Assembly: GCA_030704615.1 (NCBI GenBank)
Contig: CM060734.1
Span: forward strand, 21,328,001 to 21,392,000
DNA from: Takakia lepidozioides
Taxonomy: Eukaryota; Plantae; Bryophyta
Reading direction: 5' to 3'
Length of the DNA stretch: 64,000 bases
In this document: one piece after another, positions 38,151 to 49,255 of the stretch
Layout: each line of letters opens with the position of its first letter
Position numbering within the stretch: the first letter of the stretch is position 1
Notes under the pieces: generated by a model
Database searches by the model: none
What the model was told of the DNA's origin: nothing
The model's input: the letters and a program-made list of their open reading frames with translations, nothing else
Program-made: the position numbers and the translations under genes

Positions 38151-39399
38151 TAACACCACTTGAGGCCTCTAACATCCTGAAATGCCAGGACTTGAAAGAA
38201 AGGCGCGCGTATGTACCTGTACAGAAGGCGCATTGCTGCTTTGTCCGCGTTCGGCTGGTCGGTGAACTCGTGGCTCCGGCGAGCATCTGCTATCTCCCGA
38301 AAGAATAGGTTGGTTTTGTAGAGCAGAAAGTACCTCGTCACATAGTCACGTAGGCTCTCTGCTGCAGGAGAATATCTCCATCTTGAACTGATGTGCTTGT
38401 GTGTCCAGCTGCTCTTGCGCATCGTCGTCACCTGTGGAGATTGTCCATCAGATCGCTTTCCTCAAAAAATACAATGAATCCACCCCCTACTAGAGTAGAA
38501 GCCCCAAACGAAGCGTGGGGAAGTACCTGAAACCACCATGTCATGCGGTTCATCCACATGTCGAATGTGGGGTCAGAGAGTTTGTCCGGTTTGGGGAAGC
38601 TCCACATGTCCCTTGGTACTTTGGGAACCATTCCAGATTTGGAGCCACCGGGTCTGTCCAACCACCACCAGCATATTCGTAAGCGCCAAACACCACAAAA
38701 AGAGTTGTTGCCACCACAATTTGGTTAAGAATGTATCACCTTTTCTGTTGCATCACACAGGATGTGGCTAGACGATGGAGCTTCTCCAATGTCATCGTGG
38801 GCTTCAGAGCGCGGGAGTAGTGCTTCCCCACCTCCACCAGAAAGTCGGCACCAAGGGGGGATCAGCTATGGCCACGTACTTTACCATCCGCGACTTGTAC
38901 TTTATGCGGGCCCTCACCTCCGCAGCTTTGACATACGATTCGAGTTCCGGGAGGGTTGGATTCTTCTCCTCTGACTCATGTAGAACCTCCGCGCATGTGC
39001 CAAATCCTGCTGTATTTTCGTCTGTCAAGAATGCGCACATAAGATTAGAGATCCTGCTCAACACAATTTCTTCTATTGGGGGAGGAGGAGAGACAGATTA
39101 GCTCAACAAAACTGTCAGGAGCTTTACCCGAAATATGTAGTCCACCATGGCGTCTACGCTCAGCCTATACCAGGTTCTGTCTGCCTTTGCCTCCGACTTG
39201 CGCAGGAGGTCGGCACTGAGGAATTGGCAAACTCTTGCACCCCCTGCTTCCCGACATCTTCACTCACTTGGTGGCATGAAGGCATTCTCAGTCACCCTGC
39301 ATGCCACATTTCCATCAAACAATCTGAAATGGGAATTTTCACAATATGAGGATTCGCAATGAAATGTCTGTTTACGCCATTTTTATGTTTTCGTTCTAC

Positions 39400-42300
39400 A
39401 CCCCCTCAAGTCATAGTTACTCGCTTTGATGCGCGCGCCTGACTCCCAACCTGGCCGCCGGGCCAACTTGGAGTTTCGGCTGCTCACCGGGATAACGGTC
39501 CCCCTTCGCTTCCTCTAAACCCTCCACCTATTTGGGACTAGGAGAATTCCCTTTGGTAGATGGCAGTCCGGAACAGCTCCCCACTCTTTGGTCGCTTTCC
39601 GGCTCGCTCGCTTACTCACTAGTTTTTGGTCACCAACGGGCTTGCACCGTTCTCGGGGTTACTACTCCCTATATATACTTCTGTAGCTGTCCGCGGGGGT
39701 TTCATAACCAGCCATGCCATTTTATGGCGAACCACCACGAAAACCCTCGACTCCCGGTGGTGAGTCGCGGTGAGTCTTGGCCCACTCACCGCGGCCCCAA
39801 TGGACCGTGATGAGTCCCAAGACTCCCCACGACTCCCACCTCGAGGTCTCCACCCCATGGTGAGTCCTATGCCACCCCCACTAAGTCCCACTAAGCTACC
39901 ACCACCCCTTGTGGAGCCACCCCACCGCAACCCGGTGTGCGGGGCTCCACCTAGTGAGCGCCTCCGCCTCCTTGAGTGCCTTGGGCACTCAAGGGTGCTT
40001 CAGCCCCCCATACCTATCGCTGCCGCTGCCCCCACCACAGGGGCAGCCCTCATGTGTCCCGACCCCCTGCCCTCAAGGCAAAGGGCCGCGACACACACCC
40101 CTACCAACAGGGAGTCGATGTCCTCATCGACTTGTCCATTTTGTAGAAACGAACATCCAAGTTGTGGCGTCCCACATCAAGGAGTTTGTTTCCGTACCAT
40201 GGCGTCCCATGGCAAAGAACCAAACCCCACACTTGACTCCACTCTCCACTAGCTAGTTCGGCCGACTTCCTCCAAGTCCGGCCAAGGGTGGAGCCTCTCC
40301 AGCTCCTCCCAGTGCACTCTTCTTGGCCTACTTCAAGGCCAAGGAACGATCCTCCCCGAGGATCGAATCGCCTTACTGCAACAACATTGCTTGCGATCGC
40401 TCATGATGCCGCTTTTGGCATCACCTTGAGCAAGGGTTCACCTGGAACCCTCTTTGACTAGGAAGATAACCTTGAACCAACCGTGCGCCCCAATCACTAC
40501 AATTGGGTCCGCCTTGGAATGCTGGCCTGAGGTACGGGAAACGCCGAAGCCGCACTACGACTTCGTCCCGAGGCTACACGATTATAGTACGTGAACGGAA
40601 GCACGTAGCTTCCGCGTTAGCCCGCACTACAAGGCAACCCCTCGGTAGCGCAGTTTAGTACGCGCACGCGCCAGGTGCGCACTAGCACTTGAACTCCCAA
40701 ATAAGGCGCAAAGTTTCCTTGCCCCTTGGATGGGAGTCACCCGATTTCGGCACTGCGCAAACACACGATTAACCCAATTTACCTCTCCCACTTTTGTAAG
40801 CTAGCATGCATTCTACACACACAGCCAACCACACCATGCATCACCATTCCAAACAAATAGGACGCACAACATTTGGAACCCATTTCCTTTATCACAAATT
40901 TTTGTACAATACAAGTTTTTGCAATCGGATTCCTGAGCTAGCTAAACCGGGCTAAGCATGCATTTCCTCCCCCACGCTCCAAGGTTGATGTCCCCATCAA
41001 CGCTTCTTCCGCTTTTGAGGTCGCCCTTCGAACGCTGCAACGCCTCGGATGCGTTTCCCATTTCTGAGGCACGCACCCAAGATGCCTCCACAAGATGATA
41101 GCCCTTCCATTTGACGAGATACTCCGTTTCTCGGTTCTTGAACCTCCTCGACTTAAGTATTGCCTCCACCTCGTACTCGGGTTCATTTTCATGATCCAAC
41201 AGCATAGGTGGCGGACGCAACACTTGCTGCCGATTCGGACGTGCTTCATTTGAAGTAAGGCTTCAAAAGGGAGACATGGAATACTGGGTGCACCTTGCTG
41301 TTTGCTGGCAGCTCCAATTCATACACATCCTCATTCATAACCTCCGAATGCGAAAGGGACCCGCATACGGAGGTACGAACTTCGGACTCATTTCCGGAGG
41401 TAGTCGAAATTCTTGATGTTCAACCAGACCTCTGTGCCTGCCTCAAACTTCACTTCCCTCCGCTTCCGATTCGCCTGCCTTTCATACCGTTTCCTAGCTT
41501 TGGCAATGTTGTACTTTGCGAGCTTCAACAAACGCTCGCGTTCTTCCAGTACCGCCGCTACTGCCGGTTCCTCAACGTCCTGGGCGGCCCAACTTGTCGG
41601 CCAGAGGTGCTTTTCCATAGACCAACACAAAAGGGGAAACTCCCGTCGCGGAGTGTTCTGTGTTATTATAACAGAACTCTGCCGCGTCTAAGTGTTCCAT
41701 CCAGTCTGATTGGTCTGCCGACACGTAATTCCGCAAGAATTGCTTCACTACGGAATTCACTCTTTCCGTTTGGCCGTCGTCGTAGGTCGGAAGGCGGTGC
41801 TCATCTTCAGCCTCGTCCCCATCTTCTTCCAAAGTGCTCTCCAGAATTTACTCGTAACTTTGGGTCGCGGTCCGAGACAATATCCTTCGGGACTCCATGA
41901 TGCTTTAAGACGTGGGCGAAGTAAAGTCGCCCTGTCTCCTGCGCAGTTGCCGTCTCCTTGGTGGGGATGAAATGGGCCATTTTACTGAACCTATCTACCA
42001 CCACCATGATTGCATCGAATCCTTTTGACAGCGGCATAGCAGTCATGAAATCCATCGAGACGCTTTCCCAAGTCCCCTCTGGAATCGGCAAGGGTTGTAA
42101 CAGCCCCGCTTGCTTTTTATACTCGCTCCGGTTTTGTTGGCATGTGGTGCATGTCTTTACATACTCCTCTGCCTCCTCCCTCAGTTTGGGCCAGAAATAC
42201 TCTTTCTTCAAGAGTGCCGCAGTGCGCTTGGCTCCACCGTGGCCCGCAAGCGGGCTATCATGGCATTCTCAAGAGACTATCCCTGATCCCTCCCTTTGGC

Positions 42301-45300
42301 ACATAGAGACGTTTTTGCTTATACCGGAGCAGTCCGTTTTGCAAGTGGAACTGCGATTTAACCCCCATTCTCAAGTCTGCATCACGCACTTTGCCAGCTC
42401 ATCCTCCGGCAAGCCTTCCGGATCTTCCTTTGGAGCGCCGTCTCGCCCTTGTACACCAACAAGAGCTGCTGCTTTCTACTTAAAGCATCGGCCACCACAT
42501 TGTCCCGTCCCGGTTTGTACTGGATATCCACGTCGAACACTGCCAAAGTATCTTGCCACCTAAGTTGTTTTGGGGACAACTTGGGCTGCGTGGCAAAATA
42601 CTTCACGTGACATTGTCCGTGAACACCTTCACTGGGTTGGAACCAACATAGTGGCGCCAGAGTTCAAGGCAATGTACCACCGCCTTCATCTCTTTTCGTG
42701 CGTCGGCCACCGTCGCTCCACTTCATTCAGTTTCTTACTTTCGTAAGCCACTGGACGTCCATCTTGCATAAGTACACCCCCAATTGCGAAGTCCGATGCA
42801 TCTGTATGAATCTCAAACGGACGATCGAACTCCGGGATTTTTAAGACTGGAGCTTCCGTCATCCGCTGCTTCAATTCAGCAAAAGCTTGGCCACAAAATG
42901 TGTTCCATACCCAGACTTTGGATTTACACAGAAGGTCCGACAGCGGCCCCCGCGATCTTGGCGAAATTTCTCACATACTTCCGGTAATAGGAGGCGAGTC
43001 CTAGGAAGGATCGCACTCCCGGGACCGAAGTCGGAGGCTCCCAGTCCAAGATCGCCCTCACCTTTCTGTCATCCATTTTGATCCCATCCTGTGTAATCAC
43101 GTGCCCCAAGAACTCCACTTTTGTGACCCCGAATTCGCACTTTGAAGCTTTGGCATACAGCTTCCCTTCTCGCAATTTTTGGAACACCCTTTTGAGGTGC
43201 TCCAGGTGCTCCCTTTGTTTTCGAGTACACCAAGATGTCGTCGATGTACACGATCACAAAGTCATCCAACCACTCCTGGAAAAGGCTGTTCATCAGCGTG
43301 CTAAATGTCGCTGGTGCATTGGTGAGCCCAAAAGGCATCACCAAGAACTCATATGAACCATACCTTGTCCTGCACGCGGTCTTCTCCTCATCTCCTTCCG
43401 CCACCCGAATTTGTGATAGCCGGAGCGCAAGTCGATCCGGCTGAAATACTTCGCTCCTGCCAACCGATCGAAGAGGTCGTCGATCCTTGGCAAAGGGTAC
43501 CGGTTTTTGATAGTCACCTTATTCAGAGCCCTGTAATCGACACACATCCGCAGCGTCCCATCCTTCTTGTCTGCAAATAGCACCGGGGCTCCGTAAGGTG
43601 ACTTACTCGGCCGGATGTACCCCTTTGACATTAGATCTTTGAGCTGAGTCTTCAGCTCGACCAACTCTTTGTGGCTCAACCGGTAGGGCGCCTTGGCAGG
43701 CGGGTTCCGATCCCGGTATCACCTCAATTTTGTGGTCAACTCCTCTTCGCGGTGGCAAGCCGCTTGGTAAATCCTCCGGCATCACATCCTGGTTTCTCCA
43801 AAATCCCCTTGATCCAATCTGGGCTCGGCTCCCCATCGCCTTCTCCTTTCACTTCTCTAATGTAAAGCAAAAACTGGGACTCGTGTGTCTCCTCCACGGC
43901 CCACTCCTTTGCTGATAGAAGGTTTATTCGCCCTCCCACGGATTTGGGCGTTTCCGACACTCGTAAACCTCGCCACCATTCCCACATGGCAGCGTGACTA
44001 CTCTCTTGCGGCCATCTATGACCGCTCCGGATTTGCTCAAAAAGGTCATTCCCAAAATGAGATCCACTCCATCGATCTCGCAGATAGTGAAGTTCTCACG
44101 TCCCTCCCAACTCCCCAGTTGAAGAGGAACATCAAACGCCAACCTTGTCGCCAACTGAGGTTCTCCTTTGGCAAGCGCACCTCAATAGAGGCCCCCACGT
44201 CACTTGTCGGGAGTCCCAACTTTCGCGCCGCCGCCGGCGTCATGAAGGAGTGCGACGCTCCTGTGTCCACCAACAACGACACATTAGTTCCGGATATTAT
44301 CCCATCCACGAACAATAACTGACTCCTTTTCGTAAGGCGCCAGTTTCCTGATACAACTCACAAGAAAATTTGCCTACCTTGCAAGTCCTGGCGACCACCG
44401 CTTCCACCAAGCGACTGATGGTATCTTCCGACAGCTCCGTGGTCGCCCGAGTCATGTTCAATTGCCGGGGCTTCGTGCACTTCTTGGCCATGTGCCCGGG
44501 CTCCCCGCAATTGAAACACACTCCATCAAAGGTCGCCTTCTGTCCGCCATAAGTCGCTCCACCCGCTTTTCCTTTCGAAGCACCGGGTGCCGCCTTGACG
44601 TGTGAAGGACCTCCCTTCGATTTCCACGTGCCATTTTCGCCGCGTGGCCTATCCCACTTCTTTTCCGGTCGGGAGGAGTCACCTTCCCGCCGGGTCTTCT
44701 TGTGGTTCAGCTCCGTACGGCCTTGTCTCTCACCCCTAGGGACATCCGAGAAACATTCAGCTCTCTCAATTGCCTCGTTCAAAGTCTTGGGTGGCTTCTC
44801 CTCCAACTTCCGCCTAGCCCATGGGGCCAGTCCCGCCACAAAGTTGAAGACCATTTCTGGTTCTGCCATGTCCGCGACTTCGAGCAACAGCACATTGAAA
44901 GCCTGGACATACCCCCGAATGTCATCTGTTTGCTTCAAATTCCTCATCTTGTCCCGGGCAAGCCAGGACGCGTTGAGGGGCACAAACTGTCTCTTCATCA
45001 ATTCCTTGAACTCACTCCAGTTCAAGGTTTCCGGGCTTGGGCCTCGGTCGTGAAGGCGTTTCTGCCACCATTGTTGAGCATAGCCCCTCAAATAGGTGGG
45101 AGCCACTTCCACCCGATCCTCGTCACTCAACTTGGCCGCCCGGAAGTACTGCTCTAGCTCCAGGAGCCAGGTGTTGAGTGCCTTCCGGTTTCGAACGCCC
45201 TCGAAGGTGCCGGGTTCCTTAGGCTTCACCTTAAACTTTGCCTTGGTGGAAGTGGCATTAGCCGCCTTCAACACGTCTTTCAACGTCCCGCCAAACTGCG

Positions 45301-46245
45301 CCAACAACCCTTCCCAAAAGGCTGCCGGCATGGGAGGCATCTCTTGGTTTGTCGGAGCTCTCAAGATTCCTCGGGCTCCGACTCCTCGGATTCCTCCCGC
45401 TCCTGAGCGGCCTCGTTTTCGGAAACATTAATCGCTTCCTCAAACGGCCGCCTCGGTGACACGTCGCCCCCATCGGGCTCACCGGGATCATCATCTTTTG
45501 GGCCGTTCCCTTTCGCTTCGGCTTGCCCGACCCCATGATGAGGCCAATCCCAAGGACGATCGCGTACTGAACTCTAAGCTCTGATACCAAGTGTCGCACA
45601 CCTCAGTTCGGTAAACTCCCCTTCAAGTCATAGTTACTCGCTTTGATGCGCGCGCCTGACTCCCAACCTGGCCGCCGGGCCAACTTGGAGTTTCGGCTGC
45701 TCACCGGGACATAACGGTCCCCTTCGCTTCCCTCTAAACCCTCCACCTATTTGGGACTAGGAGAATTCCCTTTGGTAGATGGCAGTCCGGAACAGCTCCC
45801 CACTCTTTGGTCGCTTTCCGGCTCGCTCGCTTACTCACTAGTTTTTGGTCACCAACGGGCTTGCACCGTTCTCGGGGTTACTACTCCCTATATATACTTC
45901 TGTAGCTGTCCGCGGGGGTTTCATAACCAGCCATGCCATTTTATGGCGAACCACACGAAAACCCTCGACTCCCGGTGGTGAGTCGCGGTGAGTCTTGGCC
46001 CACTCACCGCGGCCCCAATGGACCGTGATGAGTCCCAAGACTCCCCACGACTCCCACCTCGAGGTCTCCACCCCATGGTGAGTCCTATGCCACCCCCACT
46101 AAGTCCCACTAAGCTACCACCACCCCTTGTGGAGCCACCTCCACCGCAACCCGGTGTGCGGGGCTCCACCTAGTGAGCGCCTCCGCCTCCTTGAGTGCCT
46201 TGGGCACTCAAGGGTGCTTCAGCCCCCCATACCTATCGCTGCCCT
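39400..46245 (-). mobile_element. Gypsy-2: near full-length copy of the same chromovirus family; LTRs ~39400-40093 and 45592-~46245, both with damaged outer ends
   Basis: gag ORF 44297-45364; PBS 45578-45589; RT ([24 protein letters not shown]), RNase H, integrase, chromodomain; no TSD recoverable. Confidence 0.93.
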
Positions 46246-47629
46246 CTCATGTGTCCCGCTCCGTGCCCGCCTTCCCACTAGCAATCGGCTCCACATCGGA
46301 AGTGTGACTCCGTTCGCCCAGATATCGCCTGTCAAGCTTGGCCACACCATGCCCCCCAGCACCCTGCCAATGTTGCTGTGGGTTGCCTCCAACATCTTGG
46401 CAGCGGCCAACTTCATATCCGCCTCAGACATGACGTCTGCTGCTCCGGCAGCCCACCAGGACCGCCAAATCCAGCCTGTATGCTCCGGGTTTGGGGCCTG
46501 GGGATGTCCGGGAGGATGTCATCCTGGTCAGAAACTCCATGTCGTCCTCCTCAACAGGGTCAGCCACCTGCGAAACCACCTCCAGCACTCTCCCGTCTCT
46601 ACTGCCCTCTCCCTGGCTTCACCTCGAACTTGCACAATCCGTGCTCTTTCAGGTGTTCTTTCCTCTCCTCCACTCTCCACCGTATGGGTAATTGCGGGGG
46701 CTGCTCTTGCCCGCGATGGTCTAACCGGTGTGTACTGCCTCTCTGTGGTGTCTTGAGGGATCCACCGTCTCTGTGGGTCCCTCGCTTACATTGGCATCTG
46801 TCATTTGGGCACCCCTGGCCTCTTCAGCTGCCTTTTGTCTTTCCTCCTGGCTAGCTTCTGTCTCGTCTGTTCTTTTGCCCTCTCTTTTGCCCTCTCACGG
46901 GCTTTCTGTTTCTTACTAGGGCTAGCAGCAGGGGAGCCCTCCAGGACGACCACCTTTGATTGAGGCGAACTGACACCCTCGCGCGCACTGCTCCCCCCTC
47001 CCGCAGCCCGTGACGCTCTCTCGCCGGGGATTGCATGTGCTTAGCTTTCTTCTTTTTCTTTGCGTGGGCGGGCCCTACTGCATGTGCATGAACAACCTCC
47101 ATTGCCGGATCTGCTGTCCTCATGTCCTCACGCCCTTCACCTGCCATGCCGCCTGCACCAACCTCCCCAATGCCTACTCTGTCGTAATCTCGTTGCAAGT
47201 CCTCCCGTCCACCAACAAAAGGTTAAGTTTGCCCTCTCGCCCCAAGTTGGGCGATTCAAACATGCGATGAGTTGGAGCTGTCGATGATACCACCAGCGTG
47301 CCGGGCTCGTCGTCACTCTGTCATTGACAAAAATCGTGAAAACCAACATCGGTGCAAAAAGCAGCATCGCAACGAGCAGCGCAACCCATAGCAACAATCA
47401 TGTAGCAAAAATGAAAACATAACAAGTTTAGGAAGTATGGAGAGCCATGCAACAACAATGAAAACAAATGCAACCATTGCCTAAGAATGACATGCACAAG
47501 CAGCCTTCTCCAGAGCTGCCGGATTTGCACACGCATTGCAAACAATCTAAGGTTCACTCAACTATCTAAAGCAGCAAAGCCTGCAAAAACAAAGCGAAAC
47601 AAAGCGAAAGTAGATGAAAATCGACGTAA

Positions 47630-48960
47630 ACAGTCCCGGAATTTCCAACGTAGAGGTAATTCGGAGCGCTGACGATGGAATTCCGGCCGGATTTCCATCC
47701 TGCAGGTAATTGCAGCGCGCGCCGAATTTCCATTCGGCCCTCACGCAGGTAATTCGGAAGCGGATGGAAATCCGGCGCCGAATTTCCATCCGCAGGGCGG
47801 CGCGGAAATTTCCTCACGCAGGTAATGGATGGATGGAAATCCGGCGCCGAATTTCCATCCGCAGGTAGGGCGGCGCAATTTCCCTGCAGGGGAGGATGGA
47901 AATGGAAGAAATTTCCCTCACGCAGGTAATTCATGGAAATCCGGCGCCGAATTTCCATCCGCGCAGGTAGCGTGGTCGGCGCCGGCCGCCGGGCGCCGAA
48001 TTTCCATCCCCCTCGGCGCCGGCCCGAAATTCGGCGCCGAATTTCCATCCAGCAGGTAAGTCGGAATGGATATTCGGCGCCGAATTTCCATTCGCCTCTA
48101 TTAGCAGGTAATTCCAGAATTACCTTCCGATCGAATTACCTGCCCTGCTCAACGAAGGTAAAGTTGGAAATTAATTTATGGAAATTCGGCGCCGCCGGCT
48201 TCGCCGGGTGCTGGATGGAAATTCGGCGCCGAATTTCCATTCATCCGGGATTCGCTGCAGGAAATTCGGCGCCGTTTTCCCTCTGTGGAGGTTTTTATGT
48301 CGGCCAGTTTTCGTCTGACCCCCCGACAAGACTTCCTTTGGGGGGCCCGGATGGAAATTCGGCGCCGAATCTCCGTCCAGGGGATGTTCTCTGTCGCACA
48401 CTTGCCGGCCTCTGCGCCCGAGGCGACTTCATCCGGGCGTCCCCTGTTCGATATTCCGGTGCCGAATTTCCGTCCGGGGGTTGAAATGTGACGGCCAAGT
48501 GCAGGCCACTCCCCCCTCCCCGACTGCATCCGAACCGCCCCGGATGGAAATTCGGCGCCGTTTTTCCATCTGGGATGTTTTATGCCGTCCAGTTTTCGGC
48601 CTGACCCCCCGACACGACTCCCTTTGGGGGGCCCGGATGGAAATTCGGCGCCGAATCTCCATCCAGGGGATGTTCTCTGTCGCACCACTCCGGCCTCTGC
48701 GCCCGAGTCGACTTCATCCGGGCTTCCTCTGTTGGAAATTCGGGCCGTTTTTTGCATCCGCGGAGGTTTTTATGTCGGCCAGTTTTCGACCGACCTGACC
48801 CCCGACAAGACTTCCTTTGGGGGGATCCGAATGGAAATTCGGCGCTGAATTTCCATCCGGGGGATGTTCTCTGTCGGACAGGTGCCGGCATCTCTGCCCC
48901 AGACGACTTCATCCGTGCGGCCCTGTTGGATATTGGGTGCCGAATTTCCATTCGGGGGTA
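47630..48960. repeat. Central array of the palindrome (AT)GGAAATTCGGCGCCGAATTTCC(AT) between the divergent cargo and transposase genes
   Basis: Perfect 26-bp palindrome at 48215-48240; many variants; higher-order repeats of a few hundred bp in 48250-48960. Confidence 0.93.
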
Positions 48961-49255
48961 GTAATGTGACGGCACGGTGCCGGCTTCTCCCCTTCAGCCG
49001 ACATCATCCGGACGGCCCCCCACTTTCTGACTGCATACCGTTGGTAGTTATTGCGCAAAGACCAGGGGCCGCATTCCGGAGACAAGGTTCATTAACACTC
49101 TGACTGTGGATTTTTGAGATAGTTGGCTCCCTGGATTTGGATCAGGCTTCGTCGCTCGGACAAATCGGCACCGCATTCCTTCCCATCGCTGCATCCCCTT
49201 CTACCAGGGAGCTTCCCCGCACGCCATCCTTGGCAGTCTTGTGTGCACATCTTCC

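Larger units (their letters stand above)
34947..47320 (-). pseudogene. Cargo gene copy B: N-terminus (46330-47320), Gypsy-2 insertion with loss of the ParB exon, middle region (38217-39300), linker and DNA methyltransferase-like domain, acidic tail
   Basis: MSEADMKLAAAKMLEATHSNIGRVLGGMVW and DYVTRYFLLYKTNLFFRE..ARRSHEFTDQPNADKAAMRLLYR match copy A; in-phase GT-AG introns 37303-38216, 36078-36165, 35728-35811. Confidence 0.75.

Noticed and set aside
47566-48975. ORFs with repeated MEIRRRIS / WKFGAEF peptides (also 24.1-24.7, 27.9-28.7, 37.3-37.9, 52.8-53.5 kb)
   Set aside because: Translations of the palindromic DNA arrays; they appear on both strands and in several frames.
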